NCBI GenBank assembly: GCA_043803765.1
Contig: JAZDJQ010000013.1
Span: 1 to 46,339, forward strand
From: Candidatus Iainarchaeum sp.
Lineage (GTDB): Archaea > Iainarchaeota > Iainarchaeia > Iainarchaeales > VGJJ01
Direction: 5' to 3'
DNA: 46,339 nucleotides
Within the stretch, counting starts at the first letter, position 1. Every line of letters starts with the position of its first letter. A program made the position numbers and the translations under genes. The notes under the pieces are model-generated. The model had not been told where the DNA came from. It saw only the letters and a list, made by a program, of their open reading frames with translations, and made no database searches. Of the stretch, positions 30,663 to 39,865 are shown piece after piece.

Positions 30663-30963
30663 AAAAGAAAACAATGCATTAACATGGCGAAATGCATCAT
30701 TCAGGGAATTTATCCTTTTTAAGTTGGCCAATTTAAAGTCCGATAGACGTATCATTCTTCTTCAGTTTGTTGAGATGACGCTCGCGGTTCTTATCGCCGC
30801 GAGTATTGCCATCTACCTTGACCCTGATTGGAATGTAGTTCCTTTTCCTTGGAATGGTATTTCATTCATTATTTTGGTTGGGTTGGCGATTAGTATCCAT
30901 CGTGGAACAAGACCCTATCGGCTAGCACGGAAAATGAGGAAAAAAGGAGAAAAAGCCCGTTAG
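30652..30963 (+). CDS. Small two-TM membrane protein
   Basis: Two hydrophobic helices around YLDPDWNVVPFPWN, basic termini; overlaps the upstream gene by 11 nt. Confidence 0.7.
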   Translation: MPRKKENNALTWRNASFREFILFKLANLKSDRRIILLQFVEMTLAVLIAASIAIYLDPDWNVVPFPWNGISFIILVGLAISIHRGTRPYRLARKMRKKGEKAR

Positions 30964-31005
30964 CATGGCCGCAACGCGGCCAGCCAGGGGGGCGCTATTT
31001 ACAAC

Positions 31006-31149
31006 TTATCGCGCAGAGCGTCGTGCTCCGCGGCGGCGAGTTGTACGGCGACGCGTTGTTTTACGTCTCGTGGTTGCTGCGCTGCGGCGGCGCTTTGATC
31101 TACGTTTTCGCGTCGCGGTTGCAGCGGCTTTTCGTCTTCGAGCTGCCAT
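31006..31149 (-). CDS. 47-aa protamine-like Arg-rich protein (absent from ORF track)
   Basis: MAARRRKAAATATRKRRSKRRRSAATTRRKTTRRRTTRRRGARRSAR*; AGGAGG about 10 nt upstream and TTTAAATA TATA box near 31199-31206. Confidence 0.8.
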   Translation of the reverse strand: MAARRRKAAATATRKRRSKRRRSAATTRRKTTRRRTTRRRGARRSAR

Positions 31150-31228
31150 CTGAGTGATTCCTCCTGGCAATTTATTACAACTGGAGAGTTAATCGTCCTA
31201 TTTAAAGGTTTGCTACATCATTTCGGCG

Positions 31229-31696
31229 ATGAAAAACATTGAGCGGTAGTCTAAAACTAAAAAAAACAGGTGGTGTTGCCATGGGAACGTTTGATGTTTT
31301 GCATGCAGGACGTGTGTATTACCTGTCGCAACTAAGAAATTGGGAAATGAGTTAGTCGTGATTGTTGCACGTGACAAGAATGCTAAACGTTGTAAGTCAC
31401 ACGTTCCTAGTATGAGTGAAAAAGAACGAGTGCACATGATACAACACCGTAAAATGGTGAACAAAGCCGTTTTGGGAAGTTTGACTGATAAAATGGGTTC
31501 TGTTGTTCGCATTAAACCGGATGTAATAGCATTAGGTCATGACCACTCTATCTCTATTTCATCATTGAAAAAGGAATTGGCTAAGAGAAAAGTAGGTTGT
31601 GAGGTGGTGTGCATTCCCTCATTCAAAGTTTCAATGTATAAGTCGAGCCGGATTAAAGAACGTGTAGTTCATGCATCCCAAAAAACGTCTACTTGA
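31229..31696 (+). pseudogene. ribL: Degraded FAD synthase RibL-like cytidylyltransferase
   Basis: VVL, then MGTFDVLHAGRVYYLSQ (from 31281), then KKLGNELVVIVARD...PDVIALGHD...KSS lie in three different frames; HxGH reads HAGR. Confidence 0.8.
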
Positions 31697-32649
31697 TCGG
31701 TTCGATAGCGTTGATTTACTCTTGTTTCGGATAGTAATTGTTTTCTTCCATGCTGATATTCTAGCATTCCCTGCCATGCAATCATCGCACCATTGTCCAT
31801 TGCATAAGGAGTAGGAACAATGAATAATGCTGCTCCTCGTGCATCGCATAGCTCATGTAACATTTTTTTCAATGCTTTGGATGCGGCAACTCCTCCTGTA
31901 ACGAGTACTTGTTCCTTTTCAGTATGAGCAAGTGCGCGTTCAGTGACTTCGCACACCATTGCCATCGCCGTATGCATAAACGAATAACACAAATCGTTCT
32001 CATTTTCTTTTCCTATTTTTTTGCACGCTTCGGTGAGTAGTCCTGCAAATACAAGGTCCATTCCTTTTACTGAATAAGGGAGCGGAATGTATTTTTTTCC
32101 TTCAAAATATTTTGCGTCAATAATGGGTCCCCCTGGAAAACCAAATCCCATTTTTCTTCCAAACTGGTCAAGGGCATTTCCTACCCCCATATCTAACGTT
32201 TCACCTAACACGCGGTATTTTTTGTTTTCGAATGCAATGATTTGAGTGTTCGCCCCTGAGGTGTACACGATGACCGGGTCTCTTGCCCCTGTTTTTATTT
32301 TTCCTATTTCGATATGAGCGACACAGTGGTTAACACCCAATAGTGGCTTTTGGTATCGTGATGCAAGATACCTTGCGGTAATGGCTCCTACTCGTAGGCA
32401 GGGGCCTAATCCGGGCCCTTGGGCAAAAGAAAAAACATCTATATCACTTAGTTTTAGTCCTGAAGTGGAAAGGGCGGCATGTAACACGCTGCTTCCTTTT
32501 TCGATGTGGTGTTCGGCTGCTATTTTGGGATGAATGCCCGCGTCAGGATGAGTATACGATGCCTTTTCATTTGCGAGAACGGTGCATTTTTCATCTACAA
32601 TTCCAACACCGAATGTGTGGGCCGTACTTTCAATTCCAATGGAATACAT
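31669..32649 (-). CDS. kae1: tRNA N6-threonylcarbamoyltransferase Kae1
   Basis: GIESTAHT, GPGLGPCL, VNHCVAHIE, SGANTQ, GETLD, GGVAA, DNGAMIA. Confidence 0.96.
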   Translation of the reverse strand: MYSIGIESTAHTFGVGIVDEKCTVLANEKASYTHPDAGIHPKIAAEHHIEKGSSVLHAALSTSGLKLSDIDVFSFAQGPGLGPCLRVGAITARYLASRYQKPLLGVNHCVAHIEIGKIKTGARDPVIVYTSGANTQIIAFENKKYRVLGETLDMGVGNALDQFGRKMGFGFPGGPIIDAKYFEGKKYIPLPYSVKGMDLVFAGLLTEACKKIGKENENDLCYSFMHTAMAMVCEVTERALAHTEKEQVLVTGGVAASKALKKMLHELCDARGAALFIVPTPYAMDNGAMIAWQGMLEYQHGRKQLLSETRVNQRYRTDQVDVFWDA

Positions 32650-32652
32650 AGC

Positions 32653-33165
32653 TTATACCAGAATGAATAGAATAATAGCATTATAGGTAAAATGCCCTAG
32701 TATTCCAGGTAAGATGCTCTCATTGAGAACGCGTGCACGGCACAGTATGATTCCTACAATGAATGACCCGATGAGTTGGATAATCGACCCGTACCCGGTA
32801 TGAAAGAATGAAAAAAGAAGGGAGGATGGAATCATTCCGATTATTGGAAAAAGAATCCCTCTGAAGAATAGTTCTTCTCCTATTGCCCCAATAGCAAGAA
32901 GAATAATTCCTAGTACTACATTTTCTCGCATAGAAAGAATCGCGTTGGTTACTCCTTGGGTATCATTTACTCCTGCCCATGTGGACACAATGTCTAATCC
33001 TATTCCTATTGCGAGAAGTTGAATCGTGATGAATGCTAATGGACGCAATGAAAGGGTAGTGAATTTCTTCCCAATCCAGAAAGAATACGGTCGTTGGGAG
33101 AAATAAAGAATGAGAATGGATATTCCAACAAAGAGAATGGATAAGAGGGAGAATAGCGATAGCAT
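32653..33165 (-). CDS. CPBP (CAAX/Abi) intramembrane protease
   Basis: EELFFRG, F..FH, H..YN motifs. Confidence 0.88.
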   Translation of the reverse strand: MLSLFSLLSILFVGISILILYFSQRPYSFWIGKKFTTLSLRPLAFITIQLLAIGIGLDIVSTWAGVNDTQGVTNAILSMRENVVLGIILLAIGAIGEELFFRGILFPIIGMIPSSLLFSFFHTGYGSIIQLIGSFIVGIILCRARVLNESILPGILGHFTYNAIILFILV

Positions 33166-33175
33166 GCGTTGTATT

Positions 33176-33352
33176 CTATTTTTTCCACTCTAAAAACCCG
33201 CAGTTTCCACACGAAGAACGAGTAGCATGCTCGCCAAGGAAAACGCCCGGTCCGCATTTGGGGCAGGCTTTTCGTGTACGATGGATAATGTCTCCTTCCG
33301 TTTTGTATACGGTTGACTTGCTTGATTTTTTCTTTTTTTTGGTTGCAGCCAT
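33176..33352 (-). CDS. rps27ae: 30S ribosomal protein S27ae (eS31), 58 aa, absent from ORF track
   Basis: MAATKKKKK...RKACPKCGPGVFLGEH..R.SCGNCGF; follows S24e with a TAATG overlap. Confidence 0.93.
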   Translation of the reverse strand: MAATKKKKKSSKSTVYKTEGDIIHRTRKACPKCGPGVFLGEHATRSSCGNCGFLEWKK

Positions 33353-33705
33353 TAGGATTTCCCCTCTTGAGTATTCGTTTCGGTTCCTTCATTTTTTACT
33401 GAATTTGTTTTTGTTTCTTCGGTATTCTTCCCATCGTTGATTTTGTTTCGTTTTATTTGATAGTGTGGTTCTATTCTCTTCAAGTCTTCGAGTGAATCAT
33501 ATTTTTTGGCGAACCCTCGTACCATCGTACTTCCAAATCCATGGTCGATATCGCTCACAATGAGGTGATTTTCTTCTGTTCCGAGTTGTGCGGCTAATAC
33601 TTTTCGTACATCTTCTCGGGATGCTTTTCCTCCAATAACATCAAATGATATTTCTTCTCTATGAAAAAGCGCGTTTTTGTGTCGTCCTTTAATTTCAATC
33701 TTCAT
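33352..33705 (-). CDS. rps24e: 30S ribosomal protein S24e
   Basis: N.LF.REEI.F, SREDVR..LA, FG...G.AK.Y; conserved operon position. Confidence 0.9.
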   Translation of the reverse strand: MKIEIKGRHKNALFHREEISFDVIGGKASREDVRKVLAAQLGTEENHLIVSDIDHGFGSTMVRGFAKKYDSLEDLKRIEPHYQIKRNKINDGKNTEETKTNSVKNEGTETNTQEGKS

Positions 33706-33723
33706 ATTTTTTCCCCTTTTTTT

Positions 33724-33918
33724 TTATCGACTTAATCGTAATGCGTATTTTCCTACTCCTTTGATTCCCATTTTTTGGGCAATCTCGCTTTTTTCGGGAT
33801 TGATTAACATGACAAATCCTGACCAAAACGTGGTGAGGTCAGTCCCTTTGCATACGGGGCACTCTTTCACATCTTCGGATAGTTTGTGACATGCACGGCA
33901 TGCTTTTTCTTTGCTCAT
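33724..33918 (-). CDS. spt4: Transcription elongation factor Spt4 (RpoE'')
   Basis: ACRAC...CPVC...WSG...PEKSEIA...GKYAL. Confidence 0.93.
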   Translation of the reverse strand: MSKEKACRACHKLSEDVKECPVCKGTDLTTFWSGFVMLINPEKSEIAQKMGIKGVGKYALRLSR

Positions 33919-34508
33919 TCCACATCCCCTCCTTTAGGGGGGGCTTTCTTTCCAGCGGGGGCGCGTGTTACTTTTTTTATCTTAGCCCATTCTTTTTTCC
34001 CCAAACCGGGTTGTCGCATGGTGAGTCCTATTTTTGAATCAGGAATAGTTCCTTTCATTGAGACGGAAACCACTTTGGCAGTAACCGTGTCTCCTATCTT
34101 GAGCGTACGGCGGCTGTCTCTTCCAACAAAACCGGGCAGTTTTGCGTCAAATGAAATGAAATCATCGGCTATTTGGGATACATGAACGAGTCCTTCAATA
34201 GGTCCTGTTTTTACAAATGCACCAAACTCGGTTGCTTCTGAAACGATTCCTTCTACCACTTCATTGACTTGGGGTTTGTACACAAGAAGGGTGACTTCGG
34301 AATCGAAATAGGCGGATGCGTCACCCGGAACTATTTTTCCTTCCCCTAAACTGGCGGCTTCCATTACTGCAACAATGACTCCTAATTCATGATCAATGAG
34401 TCCTTCCAAATCCCCTCGTACAATGGAAAGAATAGAGTTATTCAGGTTGCTCGAAAACTTGTTGGGGGAAACCCGTATCGTATCACGAACCTTTACAATA
34501 GAATACAT
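33915..34508 (-). CDS. rpo7: RNA polymerase subunit Rpo7 (E')
   Basis: G.IVPGD, S1 domain FGAFV..GPIEGLVHVSQI, KIGLTMRQPGLGK.EW. Confidence 0.95.
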   Translation of the reverse strand: MYSIVKVRDTIRVSPNKFSSNLNNSILSIVRGDLEGLIDHELGVIVAVMEAASLGEGKIVPGDASAYFDSEVTLLVYKPQVNEVVEGIVSEATEFGAFVKTGPIEGLVHVSQIADDFISFDAKLPGFVGRDSRRTLKIGDTVTAKVVSVSMKGTIPDSKIGLTMRQPGLGKKEWAKIKKVTRAPAGKKAPPKGGDVE

Positions 34509-34530
34509 GCTCAAAACCACTCACGAGGTG

Positions 34531-34953
34531 TTAATACCAATCCAGATATTTGGATTGGCGTACCACTATAGGTCGCTGAGGAGCGTTTTTAAGGCTTTGT
34601 CGCAGACCCCTGTCATTCGTCGCAATCACATACCCTTTTTTGGCCAAGTCTCGGAGCGCCTCATCTCCTGTTTCCCCTATGGCTGAAATAACCTTGATGT
34701 GGTATTTTTTCAGTGCGTCTAATGCGACGCGGGCGGCAGAACCTGTTTTTCCCTTTTCAATAGATAGCGTTTGAATCTCTTGTTTTACTTGAATAGGGAT
34801 AGAAAGAGGAGCATCTCCTACTAGACTATGAATTTGGTCAAAAATATCAATCTTCAAACGAGTCATATCGAGAAGAATATTGGTATCGAATGCTACTCCT
34901 TTTCCGTATGTTGCAATAATGGCATCACCAATCCCAATCATGAGAACCAGCAT
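34531..34953 (-). CDS. PIN-domain protein (Fcf1/Utp24-like)
   Basis: DTN, V..E, D, IATND..L; conserved position upstream of rpoE. Start may be 34941. Confidence 0.85.
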   Translation of the reverse strand: MLVLMIGIGDAIIATYGKGVAFDTNILLDMTRLKIDIFDQIHSLVGDAPLSIPIQVKQEIQTLSIEKGKTGSAARVALDALKKYHIKVISAIGETGDEALRDLAKKGYVIATNDRGLRQSLKNAPQRPIVVRQSKYLDWY

Positions 34954-35015
34954 TTATATACAAAAGCGGTCTCCGTGTTCCTAGGACCATTTGAAATAAG
35001 GGGAGGAAAAACGAT

Positions 35016-35636
35016 ATGCTAAATTATTTTGATATTATTTTGAAGCCCGAGCCCACGATGCAGGCCGATATGGGTAATACGAATCGGCGTGAGGCGCTCA
35101 AAACGTTTGCTATTGTGGGAGCATTAGTGGGACTCATTGTGGGAGTAGGCATTGCACTGGTTGGAAGTATTCTGGGGGCGTTTATTCAGGGAGGGACTGG
35201 TTCTTTCGTTTCGGGATTGGGTGTTCTGGCAGTAGTATTCTTCCCTATCCTCTTTGCTATTCTATCGGTCGTGCTAACAATAATATCAGTTGGAATACAA
35301 TATGTTATCTCTAAATTGATGGGTGGAAAAGGAACATTTGATCAGCATCTCTACTTGTATTCGCGATTGTTCTGGCCATTAATTTTCGCAACAATCATAA
35401 TACTAGCCGCATCGATGCTTCCACTGATTGGTATTATTATTAGTCTTGTGTGGAATCTGTATGCAATTTATTTGATGGTTGTCCTCATTTCAGTTGTGCA
35501 TAAGGTAAGCAAACTGAAAGCATTAATCATCTATTTGATTCCCACGATTATTGTGGTAGCAATTTTGGGAGTTTTATTTGCAACGCTGTTTGCAGGAATA
35601 CTAGCAAGCATGGCAGCGATGCCCAATATAACCTAA
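35016..35636 (+). CDS. Yip1-domain membrane protein
   Basis: About five TM helices, IILKP...M, KLMGGKGTF, VHKVS..KA. Confidence 0.78.
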   Translation: MLNYFDIILKPEPTMQADMGNTNRREALKTFAIVGALVGLIVGVGIALVGSILGAFIQGGTGSFVSGLGVLAVVFFPILFAILSVVLTIISVGIQYVISKLMGGKGTFDQHLYLYSRLFWPLIFATIIILAASMLPLIGIIISLVWNLYAIYLMVVLISVVHKVSKLKALIIYLIPTIIVVAILGVLFATLFAGILASMAAMPNIT

Positions 35637-36958
35637 AGAATAATTCCCCACCCGGCAAGGCGCCATGCCGCCTTGTCGCGCCGGGAAATGGCTATTTTTT
35701 GACCTTTTTCAATTGTCATTTTTCCCTTGAGTGTGAGTGAGATCTGCTTTTTTCGAATAGAAGTAATTTCTCCCACGATGGTATTGGTTCCGATTGTCAA
35801 TACCATGAGTTCATGTACATGGGGAAAAGGAAGTCGTTCTCCCAGCAAGCGGGGGAGTTCATTCCACTCAATCTGTAATTGGTCGGTAGGATGAGGTAAT
35901 GACCCGGGTTCACAAATGATTTGTCCTTTCATTTTGTCCATGCTCGTAATTCCCGGATCGAGTTTGGTTCCAACTGCAATTAATCCCCCTGCGTGCGCTT
36001 GGGTAAGTGCTCCGTCGGCAATGTTGAGCGATTCCACATCAAGGAGGAATGGTTTTCCGTTTATTCCGGGTGTTATTTCTACTTTTTGATTAGGAGAAAG
36101 TGTTCCTTGCACAATGCTTCCGCCTAATACCCCCCCTTTTAGTTCCGCGATAGGGGTTCCCGGGCGATTGATATCGAAACTGCGTGAAATATACATTTTG
36201 ACCGGTTTAGTGTCATCCGTTTTGTTGGTTGGAATATGGGATTGTATTTTTTCAATGAGCAAATCCACATTAGTGTTGAAATTAGCTGATATGGGAATGA
36301 TAGGAATATCCTTGAATCCGTATTCGTGAAGAAATTTTTTTATTTCGTGATAGGAGGTAATGGCTTCTTCTCGTGTAACAAGGTCAACTTTGTTTTGTAC
36401 TACGACTAATTGTGTTATTCCTGCAATTTGTAATGCCATTAGGTGTTCTGCTGTGCGTGGCTGTGGGCATTGTTCATTTGCCGCAATCACAAGCAATGCC
36501 CCGTTTAGTAATGATGCTCCTGAAAGCATCGTAGTCATGAGTGTTTCATGGCCGGGTGCATCCACAAAGGATACTTTTCTCAGTATTTTTCCTTTTACTC
36601 CATTTTTTTCAGGCGTTGCGCCAAAACGCTCGGGCCCATTCATTCCCGTGTATTCGTAAAAGATAGTATCCGCATATCCTAATCGGATGGAAATTCCTCG
36701 TTTTAGTTCCTCGGAGTGAGTGTCCGTCCATTTTCCCGTCAATGCCTTAGTGAGTGAGGTTTTGCCATGGTCCACGTGGCCTGCCGTACCAATGTTGATT
36801 TCGGCTTGAAACACTCCATCGTGCGAACGATGCTTTTCTTGTGTTGGAGATGAAGAAATAATTTTTTTCTTTGCTTGCTTTTTTACTTTGATAGGAGTCG
36901 TTGACTCAACGAATGGCGCATCTGCATTCTGATTTACTGCTTTTTTGGAACGCGGCAT
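35633..36958 (-). CDS. eif2g: Translation initiation factor aIF2 gamma
   Basis: GHVDHGKT, HSEELKRGISIRLGY, DAPGHE, NKVD, RSFDINRPG, WRLAGWG. Confidence 0.96.
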   Translation of the reverse strand: MPRSKKAVNQNADAPFVESTTPIKVKKQAKKKIISSSPTQEKHRSHDGVFQAEINIGTAGHVDHGKTSLTKALTGKWTDTHSEELKRGISIRLGYADTIFYEYTGMNGPERFGATPEKNGVKGKILRKVSFVDAPGHETLMTTMLSGASLLNGALLVIAANEQCPQPRTAEHLMALQIAGITQLVVVQNKVDLVTREEAITSYHEIKKFLHEYGFKDIPIIPISANFNTNVDLLIEKIQSHIPTNKTDDTKPVKMYISRSFDINRPGTPIAELKGGVLGGSIVQGTLSPNQKVEITPGINGKPFLLDVESLNIADGALTQAHAGGLIAVGTKLDPGITSMDKMKGQIICEPGSLPHPTDQLQIEWNELPRLLGERLPFPHVHELMVLTIGTNTIVGEITSIRKKQISLTLKGKMTIEKGQKIAISRRDKAAWRLAGWGIIL

Positions 36959-36998
36959 ACTGTTGGAAAGTAGCGGGAAGCCTCTTTAAAGGCAACCC

Positions 36999-37397
36999 CT
37001 ACTTTTTAGTCTCCTTTTTTTCTTTGGGGGCAGCCGTTGATGGTAGTAATTCTTCTAGGTTTTTTTCTCCCATATGGGTAACTTTCACATTCACTTGGTG
37101 GATGTCATCCGCAACAACGTTTCCTCGAAGAGGCCGTTTGCGTCTTTCTCCTTTTGCACCTTTGCGAAATCCCACTCCAGGATAGATAAGTAGTTTTTTT
37201 CTCCCTGTTCCTGGAAAATTACTTCTCATCGGCGTTCCCGTCTTGTCGCTTCCGCCGGTAATGATTCCTTTGTAGCCAACTAATCCTATTTCGGATAGGT
37301 CGACTTCTTGGCCAATTTTCTTTCCAATGAAAGGGGTTTGTTCCACTTTTTGAGTGTACGCCTTTCTGGATTTTGGGTCTGAGACCACGATATTCAT
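36999..37397 (-). CDS. rps6e: 30S ribosomal protein S6e
   Basis: VVSDPK, ITGGSDK.G.PMR, GERRKR..RGN, Q.NVK. Confidence 0.94.
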   Translation of the reverse strand: MNIVVSDPKSRKAYTQKVEQTPFIGKKIGQEVDLSEIGLVGYKGIITGGSDKTGTPMRSNFPGTGRKKLLIYPGVGFRKGAKGERRKRPLRGNVVADDIHQVNVKVTHMGEKNLEELLPSTAAPKEKKETKK

Positions 37398-39163
37398 GTG
37401 TTTATTCCTCCCGAGTTGTTGTCTAAGATAGACTGTAATGCGGTGATTTTGTCGAGCAGTTCCTTTTCGTCGGGTGTGAGCGTTATTTTATTCAATAGTG
37501 GAAGCATGCTTTCTGGGATGCGTGTGAATAATACGTCATTCTCAAATAATCCTCTTCCTATAACAACATCACTAATGGAGACGGCTACTTCTTGTCCTGA
37601 AAGTGCTTCGCTAACGGTTTTTCCATCCACTTGAATATTGAGTACCTTTCCTATTTTTTCTCCTTTCTCATTTTGGAGAAAAGCATTCGTTCGAAGTTTT
37701 CCTTCGATTATTTTCACTCCTACTACTGCTGGTTTAGAGTTGCGGAAAATATGTCCCGGAAGTAATTGGAATTGGCAAGGAAATACCACTTGAGATAAGA
37801 GTGATTCCTGGTCTTTTTGTTTTTCTTCTTCTTTCCATCGGGCGTATTCTTCGGTGAGTGCATACACAATGTTGTGTTCAAACACTTTTACGTTGGCTAA
37901 TTCATCATCCTTGCGCAAAGATTCTGGAAAAGCAGTGTTGAATGCAAAGATGACCCCTGCATACTTGTCTTTTCCTTGAATGGCTGCTGCTTCCATAATG
38001 TCTCGTTTGGTTATTTCTCCTACATCTGCTCGTTTAATTGGAATAGCGTGGGTTTGGAATAGTTTGACTAACGCTTCGAGGCTTCCTAACGTGTCGGTTT
38101 TGAGAATAACCCCTATGTTTTGCGAATCGATCTTGAGTTGGTTCACTTCATTTTCTATTTGTGCTATTTCTCTTCCATCCGTCACCGCCAGAAAAGGACT
38201 TCCGGCAAGCGCGTCTTCCAAATGAGGTGCTGAAACTTTGATTCCGGCTGCGGCATGAATCTCTTTTACTTGAATCCATTTTTCATTCATTCGAATATCC
38301 GTTATTGTGTTAGGCCGTAGAAGGGCACGCACTTTGGTTTGTATAACTCCGTTTTTTCCTGCCACGACGAATGAATCTCCTACGCACAAATGTCCATCAT
38401 ATAGAATCACGTCCACGGTAGTTCCCATTCCTTTTTCATCACGCACTTCTAATACGGTTCCTTTTGCCGGACCATCATCCTGTATTTTTAGGTTTTTTTC
38501 CAAAAACTTTTGGGCAATTCCGGAAAGGAAAACAAGTGTTTCAGGCAACCCTTCCCCTGTTTGGGCAGAAACGGGGACAATACCTATCTCTTTGGTAATG
38601 TCCTGCACTCGATCAAAGCGTTCGCTTTGAAAACCGTTTTCAAATAATTGTCCTACTACCCTGTAGAGTTTTTCATCTAGTCTTTTTTGGGCGGATGCGT
38701 TTTGTTGTGCGTGGTTAGCAAGAAAACTCCCGTGCTGAGAGTCGTATCCTTCTACTAAATCTATTTTGCTCAGGCATACGACAAAAGGAACCTTGTAACT
38801 GCGTAAAATAGTAATGGCTTCCTTTGTTTGTTCTTGCAGTCCCTTGTTCACGTCTACTATCAGCACGGCTAAATCTGCAATGCTGCTTCCTCTTTCTCTC
38901 AAATTGGTAAATGCTTCATGCCCGGGGGTATCAATAAATAATAGCCCGGGGATGGTGAGATTAAAACCGAATTTTTGTATGAGAGAACCGGCGATTTCCT
39001 TGATGAGGGAGAGCGGTATTTCTGTTGCCCCAATGTGTTGCGTGATCAATCCCGGTTCCTTCGCTGCAAGATTAGTAGAGCGCACCTTATCCAAAAAACT
39101 CGTTTTTCCCACATCTACATGCCCCAACACGGCAACAATGGGTGTTCGATAGTTTGCTTTCAT
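37394..39163 (-). CDS. infB: Translation initiation factor aIF5B/IF-2
   Basis: R.PIV.VLGHVD.GKT, ITQHIGA, DTPGHEAF, DTLGSLEAL; no intein. Confidence 0.96.
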   Translation of the reverse strand: MKANYRTPIVAVLGHVDVGKTSFLDKVRSTNLAAKEPGLITQHIGATEIPLSLIKEIAGSLIQKFGFNLTIPGLLFIDTPGHEAFTNLRERGSSIADLAVLIVDVNKGLQEQTKEAITILRSYKVPFVVCLSKIDLVEGYDSQHGSFLANHAQQNASAQKRLDEKLYRVVGQLFENGFQSERFDRVQDITKEIGIVPVSAQTGEGLPETLVFLSGIAQKFLEKNLKIQDDGPAKGTVLEVRDEKGMGTTVDVILYDGHLCVGDSFVVAGKNGVIQTKVRALLRPNTITDIRMNEKWIQVKEIHAAAGIKVSAPHLEDALAGSPFLAVTDGREIAQIENEVNQLKIDSQNIGVILKTDTLGSLEALVKLFQTHAIPIKRADVGEITKRDIMEAAAIQGKDKYAGVIFAFNTAFPESLRKDDELANVKVFEHNIVYALTEEYARWKEEEKQKDQESLLSQVVFPCQFQLLPGHIFRNSKPAVVGVKIIEGKLRTNAFLQNEKGEKIGKVLNIQVDGKTVSEALSGQEVAVSISDVVIGRGLFENDVLFTRIPESMLPLLNKITLTPDEKELLDKITALQSILDNNSGGINT

Positions 39164-39262
39164 GGTCTATTCCCCGTAAACAAGTGTGCGGCCAGAAACG
39201 CGTTGAGCGTCTTGGGACCGGCGGCACGATGTCAGTTGTGCGTGGAATCCTTTATAATAGAA

Positions 39263-39865
39263 CTAGTTTTCATCCAAAAAAGAGTTTTGTTCCCTTCCGA
39301 TTCGGGAGGCCGTAGGACCAAACTGTCCGTGGTATTTCGTATCCTTCTTTTTGGAATAGGGTGTTTCGGCCGGTTTGGACATTCGCATAAAGGATAATTG
39401 GCAAATCCGTTGATATGGTCTAAGCAAAAGTGGCTGTCTTCCCACATTGTGTATTTGAAGATTAATCTGTCCTTCAAATCCTGGGTCAATAATACCAGAA
39501 TCAGTTTGAATAGTCAATCCTAACCTTCCTAATGAGCTTCGCCCGCCTATTCTTCCAACCAGATTAGTTGGGATGTTGACTGCCTCCACGGTTGTTCCGA
39601 GAACGAATTCCCCTGGATGTAATACGAATCCTTCTTGTATGTCAATCTGGATCCGGCGCATGCGGGGGGTATGTTGCTCACTTAAGTCAATCACCCGCAC
39701 CGTGTGATTGTCAAACAGTAGAATTTCTGGACCAAGACGAAGGTCAAGAGAACTAGGACCTAATTGAAGTGAAATGTCGATAGGGTGACTGTCAGTGGGA
39801 ACAAAAATGTTCCCTTGAGTCAACAATTCTTTTATTTCGCCATCGCTTAACAGCATAGGTTTCAC
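39263..39865 (-). CDS. dcd: dCTP deaminase-family protein (catalytic Glu replaced by Gln)
   Basis: LSD.EI, P.SLDLRL, LHPGEFVL, GRSSLGRLGL, IDPGF.G, RICQL.F, KY.GQ. Confidence 0.85.
   Translation of the reverse strand: MKPMLLSDGEIKELLTQGNIFVPTDSHPIDISLQLGPSSLDLRLGPEILLFDNHTVRVIDLSEQHTPRMRRIQIDIQEGFVLHPGEFVLGTTVEAVNIPTNLVGRIGGRSSLGRLGLTIQTDSGIIDPGFEGQINLQIHNVGRQPLLLRPYQRICQLSFMRMSKPAETPYSKKKDTKYHGQFGPTASRIGREQNSFLDEN

Noticed and set aside
30965-31153. 62-aa plus-strand Arg/Val-rich ORF
   Set aside because: Antisense shadow of the minus-strand gene, which carries the SD and TATA box.
31270-31345. Programmed frameshifting of ribL
   Set aside because: Multiple shifts and an active-site His loss fit decay better.
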